Origin: Eledone cirrhosa
Taxonomy: Eukaryota
Reading direction: 5' to 3'
NCBI GenBank assembly: GCA_964016885.1
Contig: OZ024742.1
Location: 114,824,001-114,888,000 of the forward strand
Length of the DNA: 64,000 nt
Under the pieces are notes generated by a model, which was not told the origin of the DNA, ran no database searches, and saw nothing but the letters and a program-made list of their open reading frames with translations. Both the position numbers and the translations under genes were made by a program. Shown here piece by piece: positions 43,858 to 56,205 of this stretch (positions are counted from its first letter, which is position 1; every line of letters starts with the position of its first letter).

Positions 43858-45115
43858 AAAGGACGGTATTGTCAAGGATTATCAAATAACGATTGCTAGT
43901 TCAAAACCAAACTACCACTATCTAAATATCTTGGTAAACAATATCTGCTGACAGCCAAGGATTAAACTGATTGAAACATAACAGTTATTTGGTTTACAAG
44001 TATATATTTTATTCTACTCCAGTCTGTTTCAATGTGCATATCCAGGATTAAAACACGCGATGACGACTGGAAATAAAATTAATTGAATCATTCATCAAGA
44101 AATCTGTTTGGTATAAACAAACATTTATAATCTTTAAAAAAACTCATTTATGTTTATATATTATTGCTACTCATGAATAATGATATATTGGACTGCATTT
44201 TTTAAACTATTTTAATGACTCAATATAAGGGAGTTACGATTGCTTAAATTCAGTTCCATCCGCGAATAGACCAAATGAAAAGACACGGTCGTTCTTTGCA
44301 ACTTGTTTGAATGTAAAATATACGGAAACCACATCCACTACATTTTGAAGATCATGATGATCTTCCTTGTACTTTACACATCCACCACAGTGATATCTTG
44401 CACGTATTCCATCGTTTATATACATATCTTACCTTGGGATGAGTGTGAAAGAAACGATGTATATGCTGAATAGTATACGACAAGTAATACATCCCTGTTG
44501 AATGCAAACATTAATTTCTAATGACAGAAACGTTTTGAATTATAGGAAATAGAAACAGTTACCTTCAATAATGTATTATTAAAGTGTAATAATATTCACT
44601 AAAGTGCCGTAAGTATATTGGAAACTGTGTTGAAATAGAACATGGGATGCATCTATCGGACGTCGGGTGGCTCCTTCTGATGTTGACAATGAAAGTATAA
44701 TCTGCATCCACTGAAATTCAACTCACCTAATTACTATAAATTACTCACAGAAGCTCTTCAAGCTCTAACAAACAGGCATACAGCTACATTATTCTATTTG
44801 TTCTATTAAAAATGCGTTGTAATCTCATTTCACGTCTACTCACGCACACTTAATAAACACATCATTTCTTCTATTTGAAAAAAGAAACAAGAATAAATAG
44901 GTTGTGTCATGATGTTTGTAGGGAGACAAGCATAAAATACAATATAGTTTCAAGTTTTACAAATAGTAAGATGTTTTATCAGAAAACAAATGAAATAAAG
45001 AATTTGCTCACATACAGTGAACAGATATTCATATCAGATGCAATGTTTTCTAGAGAATTATTTGTTGTCAACTGGAATAGTTATAAAATAAATATGAATG
45101 CATAACACGGCATTT

Positions 45116-46235
45116 TCGAGGTTGGGCCCAGAAGTAAGGGTACATATGTTCTCTAACGTTTCTACACAACACGTTGGGTGAGATGTTGGCTGCGAGAACA
45201 TACTTGTTTCAACAGATTGAGTCTGTCAAGAGTTATCGCATATATAGATACATACATCTTTATGATAGCATTTACGTTTGAGATGCTGGATAATATCGGA
45301 CAATGGTTCGGATTCAAATTTCTGTGAAACGCAACAAATCTGCTACTGAAACATTTAATTATGGAGCTTGTGGAGATGCGACTCTTTCGAGAAATATAAT
45401 TTTTAAGAGCCACATAACATTCAAAGAAGAAATAGAAAATGTAAAAAATGAACCTATGCCTGGAAGATCAATCTCATCAACGAATGAAAACATTGTGGAA
45501 GTTGTGCGAGCGGTGAGCGTGAAAGATCACCAATAAGGAGTTAGGAGGATTGGAGAAGAAAGAGGTTTAGATGAAAATACAGTTAACAAACGTTTATAAG
45601 ACCATTTCCACCAGTGAAACATTTGTGCAAAAATAGTTTCCCAACAATTGTCTGTGCGGGGCAAAGCGCTTGGAAATGTGTCAGCATTTGCTAGAAAAAT
45701 TCCAAATTGAATTAAATTTCAAGGATAATGTATTATCATGGGTTTTTCGGGTAGGATCCAAAGACAACATCGCAAAGTGTGAAGTAACATACGAACATTT
45801 CTTTACATCCGAAGAAAATGCACACGTTTTTTTCGGCAGCCGTGGCATTTTTCACATAGTCGTTTTAAATATAGGATAAAGAGTCGATCACAGATCCTAC
45901 AAAGATGTGTCGGAACGACTTCCAAAACCATTTCAAGGAGTCCGAAAGGTCAATGAAGGAGGTTCCGTAGTACATCATGATATCGTGCCTGCTCACACAG
46001 CACGTTCAATCAGTAAAAAATAATTCCCACTCTTCAGCATCTTCCTTAAAGTCAAGATTTAGCTCCGTGTTTCTATTTTTTTACAAGTTGAAATCACTTT
46101 TGAAGGGTCATCATTTCGGGACATTTGAAAATATACAGAAACTTGTAAGAAGATGAGCTCAGGATACTCACAGAAAATGACTTACGATACTGATACTATG
46201 AATGGAAATCATTTGGAACCGCGGAGTAACGGTGC
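45116..46235 (+). mobile_element. Mariner transposon relic, 3' end replaced by a PLE fragment
   Basis: TIR-like cgaggttgggcccagaagt; HTH region KSATETF...FKE...PGR; HHD.VPAH (about 45974) and HLP*SQDLAPC (about 46038). Confidence 0.82.
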
Positions 46236-46239
46236 ACTG

Positions 46240-47120
46240 TACTAATAGGTAATGTGTTATATGTAAATTAAACCCCTGGATAAACTGTAAAACTAGAAAC
46301 GTAGTCTATAGAATAAGATGTACAGAGGGTACTCGCAGAAGCATGACAACAACATACATAGGAGAAACAGCTCGTAGCATAGGAGAAAGGATAGATCAAC
46401 ACTGGGGGAAACTAAAAGGACGAAAAAACGGTTCAGTACTATACGAACACGCCAGCCAACAACATGACGGTAACATAGACAACATAGAAATTAAAATAAT
46501 ATCTAAACATAGAAATGATCCAGCAGATAGGCATATCAGAGAGGCAAGTGAAATAGAACTAAGAAGGCCAAAGCTAAACAGAAAAAATGAATGGAATAAC
46601 AACACCCAAACAATACTGACTTAAGAGAAATATAAATAGATAAATAAATAAATATATACAAAAACACCATAACAACAAACACATATAAACACACACTAGT
46701 AAACTAAGATAGAATACAATAACCAAAACACAGTCATCCAAACGCGAACACACACCAAACACTATACACACACGCAAACGCATGCGCTGAGAAGAAGACA
46801 AACATACATGAATAAATAAACAGATAAAATAAAGATGGCGTAGATATACAATACAACAGGAGGAACACAATAGTACCACTGATGATGTTGCACATGTGCA
46901 ACGAAAGAACTTTGTTAGACTATATATATATATGTGTATATCTATATTATATCTGTATTTTTGACCGTTGTTAAATTAATGGTAAACATTGAGGACCGAA
47001 TGAATTAACTGTGGGGATATAAAAGATACAGAAGCTAAAACCAACCTAACAGTGAGTGTGTTCTGTTATTATTTCTGGCAATACTATTACAACAATATGA
47101 CCCTCTCCAATATAACAATA
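46240..47120 (+). mobile_element. PLE 3' fragment (GIY-YIG + pLTR), diverged relative of the second family
   Basis: CYIC...NCKTRNVVYRIRC...YIGETARSIGERIDQH...REA..I....PKLNRKNEW; terminal atgaccctctccaatataacaat then (TA)n. Confidence 0.88.
46874..46917 (+). ncRNA. Minimal type I HHR
   Basis: tacca-CTGATGA-t-gttgcac at gtgcaac-GAAA-gaac-TT-tgtta; one mismatch in helix I; same position as HHRs of the related family. Confidence 0.68.
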
Positions 47121-47210
47121 TATATATATATATAAAACTAGATAGTGAAATAGAACTTCCGCTGTTTGTAAACGATGCTAATTTTCAAAACACAACGCTA
47201 AGCGCTGAAT

Positions 47211-47257
<47 letters not shown>

Positions 47258-47532
47258 TTTCTATCGGTATTTCCAATTGCGAGTACTATCTATCTATCGG
47301 TCGCAACTCCAGGTAGAAGGAGCAACCTGAAGTAAAGTGTCTTGCTCAAGGTCATTTCCTCGATCGGATTTGACGAAAATCGATATCTATATATATATAT
47401 ATAAAGAAAGAGAGAGAGAGCGGCGGCGTGAAGAGATTAAGATGTTTTTCAACGCGCTGACGTGTATCCGTGTCAGTATGTGTATATGTGTGCGTATGTG
47501 TACGTGTGTGCGTATGGGCATATACATAGATT

Positions 47533-47755
47533 ACAAGCCGGTAATACACACATCTAGGACCACATGCAAGACACAATCAGGTAATACACACATCTAAGCA
47601 TACATGCAACACACAAGCTGGTAAGACACATTTCTAGGACCACATGCAACACACATCTAGGACCACATACAACTCACAAACGGGTAATATATATGCACAT
47701 AGAACCTCATACAACACACAAGCAGGTAATACATACAGTTAGGACCACATAAAAC
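47533..47755. repeat. Degenerate minisatellite of about 38-41 bp (ggtaatacacacatctaggaccacatgcaa...)
   Basis: About 5-6 imperfect units visible. Confidence 0.75.
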
Positions 47756-47799
47756 AAAAGGCAGGTGAAAGTGGTGGACAAGCGATCTACTACCAGAGC

Positions 47800-48330
47800 A
47801 AAAGATAATATCACGGGAGCACTGCGAAACCTCTCTAATAATGTTTGAGGCAAGCCAGTACACTCGCAGCGTTACCTGGGATGATGGCGAGGCTGAGGTA
47901 TTCGAACAACCAAGCGCCTTCACGAGCTTCCCTAGTTACCTGTTAGGCGAGCTGCCAGTGAAGATAATAATCTCGCAGTCAGTAATCCGACTTCCCCAAA
48001 CGTCTTGAACGCCACAGGCTGGAAAAGGTAGTTAGCCAACAGATCACGGTATTTTAGCATTTTGTCCTGTTCAGGTGCGGATGGTCTGGCTCTCGCCCTT
48101 ACTGTGACATCCGGGATGTGGGAAGAAGCAAAAGAGTCACTAACTGTGATGTCCCAGTCAAGGCATCTGCCTCTTGACCAGGATCACAGGGTAATGCCGT
48201 CAGGTCGTTTATCATCAATTCTGACAACCCAAACGGTTTCAAAATTGAGGGCATGTTTGCCCGGGCCACAGCTCTTCAGTGGTAATAGAACAGTGTGTAT
48301 TTGAGCGCGCCTGAGTTTGTCGGCATTCTT
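47800..48330 (-). mobile_element. Third CRE-clade fragment (endonuclease domain), divergent subfamily
   Basis: Minus-strand translation DDKRPDGITL*SWSRGRCLDWDITV...EQDKMLKYRDL...FQPVAFKTFG...WLFEYLSLAIIPGNAASV. Confidence 0.82.
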
Positions 48331-50479
48331 ATATTAGAGATGTGTGTGTATGTTATATATATTTGTGTGTGTACCATATATATGTCAGTGTTTGACGTAT
48401 ATCTATATATATAAAGTGAGATTGGGCGTTGTTTGTTTGTTTGTTTGGTGTCCCGAACTTGCAGGCTACACCGTTCATCCGATTTTCATGAAACTTGACA
48501 CATATATAAAACTCGAGCCGTAGATTGGAATAGGCTACTTGACATTTTCGAAGAATAGATAATCGGTCCCCAGAAGCCATAAACCGATATTTTCAAAAAT
48601 CGTCCGATTTCGATGAAACTCAAAGCAAATGTGTATTTTGATCCGGGGAGAACGTGCGCTGTATTAAAGTTTCGAAAAATCGATAATTGGATCACCAGAG
48701 GCAAAAATCCATATTTACGAAATTCATCTGATTCCAATGAAATTTGATATTACCACAATAATAGATGCATTAGGAGTTACTCAAAAGCTGCAAAAATTCA
48801 GAAAGTTATTTTAAACTCATAAATTATGCGTTAAATGAGACCTTTAAGAGTTAGGACAGACAATAATTCATAATTTAATTATCAATGGCGCAATATTGTG
48901 GAAATATGCAAATCTACGCCGTTCTTTGTGGGAAAATGGAAGGCTTTACAAACAGATATTCAGGGTTCTTTTAGTAGAATTCTTAATTCTTAAATAATTG
49001 TACAGTCAACAAAATACATGACAGAATGTTTTTCATATTTTTTTCAAAAATCTTTCGATTTCAATGAAATTTAATGTGTATGTATTCGAACAGAAACACT
49101 TTTAATTTACACTTGGCGCAATCAAAATCAATTTCATATGCCCATATAAGCACGCACACACCGTGACTCACGCGTGTTATTGATTGGACGGCCTGTCTAT
49201 ACCATGAGCAGTATGTTTTCTCAACGATAGATACACAAACAGGTATGCACGCACGTGCGAACTGCCTTTTTCTCTTTGTGTGTATCCGCTTTTTGTGAAC
49301 AACAATAAATCTGGCCGTCTCACTAATTGGACCTTTACATAATTGCCCACTTACTTATCGGTGAGTTAGTGCTTATTTATTTAGATTACTTGTATGCCAT
49401 TTCAGTTAAATTTAATTCATTTTTCGCCTTCCTTAAATTTAAAAATGCCCATTGGAACCAGGGGATTGTCAACATCTTAGCGTTAAACTTTTTCATATTC
49501 CTCCTTATTCAAGTGCAAATACAGTATTATCCCCATCTTAAAGAAAACCAAATTTACTGGTGTCTTTTGTGATGCCAAAAGCTAAAAGCGGTGAGTAAAT
49601 TTTCAAACAGTCTTAAATAATCATGCTTTTTGAAAAAAAATTAATAAATAATACTTTGACCAAGTTGTATTGGACACATACAAAGTTGTACAAAATGTTA
49701 CGTCCGTACCAATTTTTCCTTTTTTAAACAAAAGGTTCTAAAAAATTACTTAATTCATAACACTACTGTTACAGCCTTTTGCACAGGAAGTGAGTAAGTT
49801 TTCGGGATTTTAAACGTAAGTTCACCAGCATGTTTGTCTTTTCCATTATTAACCCACCACTAATGGCATGTTTTGTTCTATTCACGATTAAATGTTATGA
49901 GCGTATTTATAAATTGCTATTGTTCTTTAATTTTTTAATCAGTTGTCATAGACCATCTGAATGCAGTGAAATTGATTGCGCACACGTACACACCTGCATG
50001 CAGATAAACACTGACAGCTAATAAAAAATCGATAATTTGCTTATTAAGATATCGGTCAAAAAGAGAGATTGAATGTACTTTAGAAAATGTTTTGAATATA
50101 TTGTTCTTTTTGGCATGATATGTCAGAAATATAGCTACTATTCACTTTGGTTATTTTAGTCTAGATCTATTACTTCTGTTAGAGCCGTGATTGATTACCA
50201 TTGTATTATTTATACATAAGGCTCACCGGAATAAAAAGCGCAGAGCTGTTTTTTTGTGAAATTTAGGTATTTTAAGTGCAATTTATAGGCCGGAAAATTC
50301 GGTAACTTATTATAATCATATTTCGAAACCTTCCCATTCACCAGTAACCATGCTAGCGAATCTGGTTTCACCTGTCTCTGTACTTAATCACCCATTTCTA
50401 ATCTTACAGCTTCGTTACAAGTCGTTATGCCCACACGGTAACGTTCAATACGTACCTCCAAAAAAGATACAGCTACTTC

Positions 50480-50835
50480 TTTGAGACGACGAGTTAGTCA
50501 CCAACAAGGCTTGCTGATGTGCGCCTTCGTCGCCAACAAGCGCTTGCGGAGGAGTCACCAACATCATGTACGACGAGGTTTGCTGGTGTTCGCCTTCGTC
50601 GCCACAAGCGCTGGCGGAGGAATCACCAACATCCCGTACGTCGCGGCTTGCTGGTGTCCGCCTTCGTCGTCAACAAGCGCTGGCGGAGGAGTCAGCACCA
50701 TCCCGTACGACGCGTCTTGCTGGCGTTCGCCTTCGTCACCAACAAGGGCTTGCAGAGGAGTCACCAACATCCTGTCAGACGAGATTTCCTGGGGTTCGCG
50801 TTCGTCGTCAACAAGCGCTTGCAGAGGGGTCCAGG
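50480..50835 (+). repeat. About 5 x 69-bp coding tandem repeat (23 aa, RLRRQQALAEESPTSRTTRLAGV) in the Helitron ORF
   Basis: Units start near 50522, 50591, 50659 and 50728. Confidence 0.88.
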
Positions 50836-51185
50836 ACAGACAGAGACAACAGGTTTGCTGCTAAGCGTTACGGGCATACATTAGTTACTGCTGCCAAGAG
50901 CTCAGGCTGGGTAAAAGCAGCCTTCAGATATAACCCCTCTGAGGATTACGGACTTCTTCCTACAATTTCCATTGGCAAAATGGATAATTGATGTACATCC
51001 TGCAAGGCAATGAAGTGGCCAAGCGAGGCGGCTTCTATCTGCTGTGCAGGAGGTAAGGTGCAACTAGAGGCATTGGCTGGAACGCCAGACGTTTTTCTTA
51101 CAGGTGACGACAATACGGCTACAACGTTCCGCCGTAACTTGTGGAAATACAACTCCTGTTTGATGATGACCTCCTTTGATGTAGA
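50830..51185 (+). pseudogene. Helitron RepHel N-terminal zinc-finger region relic
   Basis: AAFRYNP...IGKMDN*CTSCKAMKW..E...CCAGGKVQL...FRRNLWKYNSCLMMTSF. Confidence 0.85.
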
Positions 51186-51489
51186 CAATAACAACATCAA
51201 CAACAGCGTAACCCCAACAACAACGTTGCACCTGTGATGCGCGGGAAGTAACTTTCACACATTTTAACAACGGAGCAAAGGTCGTCTTACAACCGGGCAG
51301 CGCCGGGTACTTCTGCTAGTATATGTATATATGTGTGTATGTGTTACCGTATTTTAAGCTAGAGACATATGTGTGTATCCCCTTCCTTCCTTCCTTCCCT
51401 TTACATTTACATACATTCACACAAACACACACACACATTTTGTGATGGACGGATGGACAGAAGTCACAAAAATGTATATATATGTGAAT

Positions 51490-52115
51490 GGATTTCCAAT
51501 GAAGCAGATGGAGAAGTTAAAGTATCATGAGTGGTGGAATGCAGGAGGCTGAATTAAGTGCAAGAATTGTAAAAGATTATGCAGTAATGCGCCAGCTTCT
51601 GCATTCAGTAATCAGAAGAAGGGAAGCAGGTGTAAAAGCCACACTCTCTGTATTCCTTGTATTTTTACCAACCCTTAATGAGGGTTATGAATCTTGGGTA
51701 ATGACCGAAAGAATACAAGTGCAAATACAAACGGCAGAAATAGGGTTCCTCAGAAGGGCCTTAGCAGTAATGTTTCTCAATAAAGCGGTTAACTCAGAGA
51801 CCAGAGAGTTACTCCTTGTAGACCCGTAACATCTCCGGATTGAGAGATCACAGCTCCGATACTATGGGCATGTGGTTAGAATGTGTTAGGAAAGAAACAC
51901 TGGATAGATTTTACCAGCAAAACCAACCAGCAAGACACCCAGAGGTAGACCCCGAGCAAGATAGTTTGATAACATCCATGAGTTTGGTTGGTCACGCTTT
52001 GGGATCCGTATGGATCAGTAAGAGATGTTTGCTTCTGACTGACTCCATGGATGGAGTGTTTGAGGAGGACTCTGCCCCAACGACCTTCTCAGAAATAAGT
52101 GGGCGAAGAAGAAGA
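51490..52115 (+). mobile_element. RTE-clade LINE 3' fragment
   Basis: ARI...VMRQL...PTL..GYESWVMTER...QTAEIGFLRR...IERSQLRYYGHVVRM...RGRP. Confidence 0.82.
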
Positions 52116-52460
52116 TATTGTCAATCTACTTTTCAATTTCATATAATATATATAGGCATATATATTTGCGTATAAAACAAATAGGCATACTACAAATGCT
52201 AGCAGAAAACCACCCGGTTGGCGGTTTTTCTGCTAGTTAGTCTAATGACTCCATTTATACCAAATACGTGGTTATGTCTTTACGTGTAGTTGTTCTCACC
52301 GCTCTACATAACGAAGTATTATCTTCGCTTTTTTTTCCATTCATTGCTAGGGAACGTCTTCACGAACCAAAGTATCGTCTTCATTTTTGCCTTCGGTTGC
52401 GTCGTTTTTCGAGTCATTTTTCGAAATATTTACTTCTGCGTCCACAGATTCATATATTTT

Positions 52461-52511
52461 AGATTCAGAGGATCCTGTTAAGGGTGAACGCAGCGATTCT
52501 TTGCTTAAATT
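52461..52511 (+). ncRNA. Degenerate HHR-like motif in a short repeat family (related partial copy 55588-55725)
   Basis: agatt-CAGAGGA-tcct gtta aggg-t-GAAC-gca..tgc-TT-aaatt; the 55588 copy has GAAA. Confidence 0.4.
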
Positions 52512-52633
52512 TTCATCTGTTATTTTAATAAATATTTATTCTATGGTTTTATATATGTTGATATATATATTATCCTTATCGAAGCTTGTACGGATTTTAG
52601 TCTTCACTTTAATTATTATTACTATTATTATTA

Positions 52634-52689
<56 letters not shown>

Positions 52690-52705
52690 GGAAAAACATA
52701 TATAT

Positions 52706-53266
52706 ATATATACATACTACTGTACGTCTGTATGCATATATGTGTGTACGTGTACATACTTATATTTAAGTCACAGCCGTACTAAGAGTGGGAACTAAAA
52801 TGTGGTTTCATTTTTTCCGTTTATCATTTTCGGTGCACCCGGCCGATTAATCCACTCGATATGCAAATTGGGCTCCTCACCCGTTAATATACATGAGGTA
52901 AGTATGTACGTTCAACAATCTGGCAGGAAGGTATACGTTGCTGACGATAGCTAATAAGCTTGAAACTAGTACAGCGTTCCTTTGTCAGTGTGAACAAACG
53001 AGCAACGATGGTTGCTAGACACTATAGCTTAATACGGGATGTTTGTTTACAAATACACCGAGCATTACAATAAATGTTCGGTGAATCCATACGTACATAT
53101 ATATATGTGTGCATGTATGTATATATATATATATACATACTACTGTACGTCTGTATGTATATACGTATGTACGTGTACATACTTATGTATATATATATAT
53201 ATATATATAAGGAAGTATCAGTCGTACTAGGAGTGAGAAATGAAATATTCGTTACATTCTTTTCCA
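52706..53266 (+). repeat. Diverged copy (about 1.3 units) of the 469-bp retrozyme-like family
   Basis: Homologous to 26600-26940; second partial unit from about 53130. Confidence 0.85.
52935..52977 (+). ncRNA. Canonical minimal type I hammerhead ribozyme
   Basis: acgttg-CTGACGA-t-agct aata agct-t-GAAA-ctag-TA-cagcgt. Confidence 0.86.
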
Positions 53267-53600
53267 TATATATATATATATATATTTATAATATATATAT
53301 ATTTATATACAGTTGTGGATTGGCCAGGTTGCTAGGGGCTCACTGTAGCATTGCAGGTCCACTGTAGTATTTTGTGGACCAATGCTTTGCTCTCAAAAAA
53401 ATACGTGAAGTGTAAGAGAAAGAATTACATTTTTTTAAATAAATAAAACAATAAAGCAAACCGTTTGGTCAATGAAATTTCCTAGGGAATTAATAGAAAT
53501 CAACATTTATGACAGTCAAAGACCTGGAATCAGTGGTTTTATATCCTACTAAATCAAATGCTTCATGCATGCAAACATACATATATACATGCACACACAA

Positions 53601-53636
<36 letters not shown>

Positions 53637-53853
53637 TATGAAGAGAGAAGAAACATTTAGATATAATTAGTAATAAAATGTATCATACCTAAACTGCTCC
53701 TAGATTCCTCGACTACGTAGTTTCGTGGCATAAACAAAAACAATACATCATAAAGATATAGAGTCTCTGCGAGGTCTGCCGACTTATCAAGAGGATACCT
53801 CATTTTATTAGCTTCAAGAACGCGTCTACACGACGTGAGAAAGAATCCCAAAA

Positions 53854-53983
53854 GGCGGAGGGGGAGATAGTCACGCGATATAACGGTCGAGAAACAGAGC
53901 TAAGCCTCTTATAACCCCGGGGTTATAAGAGGCTTAGCTCTGTTTCTCGACCGTTATATCGCGTGACTATCTCCCCCTCCGCC
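53854..53983. repeat. Perfect 130-bp palindrome (65-bp arms, no spacer)
   Basis: Centre ataacccc|ggggttat at 53918/53919. Confidence 0.95.
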
Positions 53984-54386
53984 ATTTTATGATGTCTACC
54001 TGTTATTATTCATTCTTTATATACACTCCGGAACACTGAAGGATCAGGAACTAAGTTTCTTGAACAATTCTTCCATAACTCGTAGAGTAACCTCTTACCG
54101 TACGTCAACCATATCCAGTGTAGTAATTAACCATCACTACATCTTGGATAATCCTATACCTAATATATATATATATATTTTTTTTTTTATATTTATATTA
54201 ATATATATATTTATATATGTATATTTATATATATATTTATATATGTATATATATATATAGAGAGAGATATATATAGATATAGATATATATATAAACATAA
54301 ATATACGCGGGTGTGTATGTTTGTGTATAGAAGTTTATTTTATTTTTGTCGGATTTTTTTGTTAAAATAATCAAAAATAATATGTT

Positions 54387-54441
<55 letters not shown>

Positions 54442-54524
54442 AGTGTAACTTGGAGTTACTGCAAGTTCACCCGGTTGAATACTCGATGTTTACGTTTACT
54501 TCTGTGTTGAGGTGTAGATCTTTA

Positions 54525-55420
54525 CAGAGTGTAATATATTGAAAGGATAACAACGATGATTGGTTACACCTTCATTACATTTATTGGTAGGTGACGCGCG
54601 TTTCGGCACTGATCAGCTCAAGGTTCGATCTGTATCGATCTTACCCGACTCAATAATCGGCAGCTCGACGGACCCATTAAAGTGGTATAAGAAAATGAAT
54701 ACATGATATGTGATAAAGTCAGAAGTTTATTAGCTGTATGAGTTGTTTTGATTGGTGGAAAAGATCATAGGGATGTATTGGCCTGTAGTGTATGTGGGGG
54801 TGGATGTGATGATAAGATGTTGGGACGGTTGCTGGCTGCGATGGGCTGTGGTGTGGTGGTGACGGTTGAATTTCGCCTGTAGTGTATGTGTGGGTGGATG
54901 TGATGATAAGATGGGGGTGACGGTCGCTGACTGGGTTGGGTTGTGATGTTGGGGGCAGTGGATTGTCGGTAGACAGGTTGGCGTATATATTTGGCTGGTA
55001 TTTCGTTGGAGTGTTGTTGTGGTGTTGTTGTTTATCGTAATGGAGTTTGTGGTGGTGTGGTGATTTGTAGGTGATGTCTGGTCCATGGGGAGGTACACAT
55101 CTAGACACTCTTAGTCTGACAAATACGTTGTATATATATACATGCGCATATGTAATGACATATATACATACACACCTATACACACACACATACACGAGCC
55201 CATATATCACACGTACATTTATCCACACGTGCATTTATCTATATGCATATATACACAAACATAAATATGTTCATGCGCGCGTGTGGATATATAGAGAGAG
55301 GGGCGCAGTATCGGTGGGGGTAGCGTAGTACATAGCGTAGTACAAAGATAGAGGGAGGCCAACGGAGATGGTGTTGTACATATAGCCATACACATACATA
55401 GATATACACACATACACGTA
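54525..55420 (-). repeat. Dispersed non-coding repeat (PLE 3' UTR/pLTR-like); second copy about 62845-63500 on +
   Basis: Shared blocks such as caacgtatttgtcagactaagagtgtctagat and tcgagctgccgattattga.tcgggtaagatcgatacagatcga; HHR-like motif at 54589-54675; flanked by (TA)n. Confidence 0.8.
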
Positions 55421-55477
55421 CACACATATATACACAGACATATATATATATACACATATATATATACACACACATAT

Positions 55478-55571
<94 letters not shown>

Positions 55572-55719
55572 TAACAGATTAAAGTTTGAAAGCAGCGATT
55601 CTTTGCTTAAACTTTAATCTGTTATTTAATAAATATTTGCTCTACGGTTCTTATATATTTGATATATATTCATCCTTATCGAGCCCTCTTTGGATTTTAG
55701 TCTTCAATGTTATTATTAT

Positions 55720-55762
<43 letters not shown>

Positions 55763-55821
55763 TAGATATAGATAGGTAAATATACACGGGTGTGTATGAT
55801 TGTGTATAGAAGATTAGATTA

Positions 55822-56176
55822 ATAAGAGGAATTCCAACTTTGTCTGATTTACTCGTTTTATTTACAATCATTTAAAATATATATAATGGTATTATAATGA
55901 AATAGTATGATAGAATATTAAATTCTAGGTGTTAATTGAACAAGTACTTTCATGCTTTCGCAATCTTCAGGTTCATGATATGTAGTGACAGTCGAGTTTG
56001 CAATTTTAGTCACCACATATCATGAACCTGAGGATTGCGAAAGCATTAAAGTACTTGTTCAATTAACACTTAGAATTTAATATTCTATCATACTATTTCA
56101 TTATAATACCATCATATATATTTTAAAGGATTGTAAAGTAAACGAGTAAATCAGACAAAGTTGGAATTCCTCTTAT
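55822..56176. repeat. Inverted repeat (about 168-bp arms, about 19-bp spacer), each arm with an HHR-like motif
   Basis: ataagaggaattccaac... / ...gttggaattcctcttat; near-identical arms. Confidence 0.92.
56023..56061 (+). ncRNA. HHR-like motif without helix II (second copy 55937-55975 on -)
   Basis: tgaac-CTGA(G/A)GA-ttgc-GAAA-gcat(t/g)aaagtac-TT-gttca. Confidence 0.5.
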
Positions 56177-56205
56177 GCATATATATATATAGAGAGAGAG
56201 AGAGA

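Larger units (their letters stand above)
48402..51319 (+). mobile_element. Internally deleted Helitron with both termini
   Basis: 5' TC (tctatatatataaa...tgtttgtttg) after A at 48401; 3' GC-rich hairpin ccgggcagcgccggg then CTAG followed by T; RepHel N-terminal relic inside. Confidence 0.88.

Noticed and set aside
50480-50835. CRISPR-like regular repeats
   Set aside because: Contiguous 69-bp coding tandem repeat without unique spacers, inside a eukaryotic Helitron
52198-52237. Hairpin ending in CTAG as a second Helitron terminus
   Set aside because: No matching 5' TC end or internal Helitron sequence could be assigned
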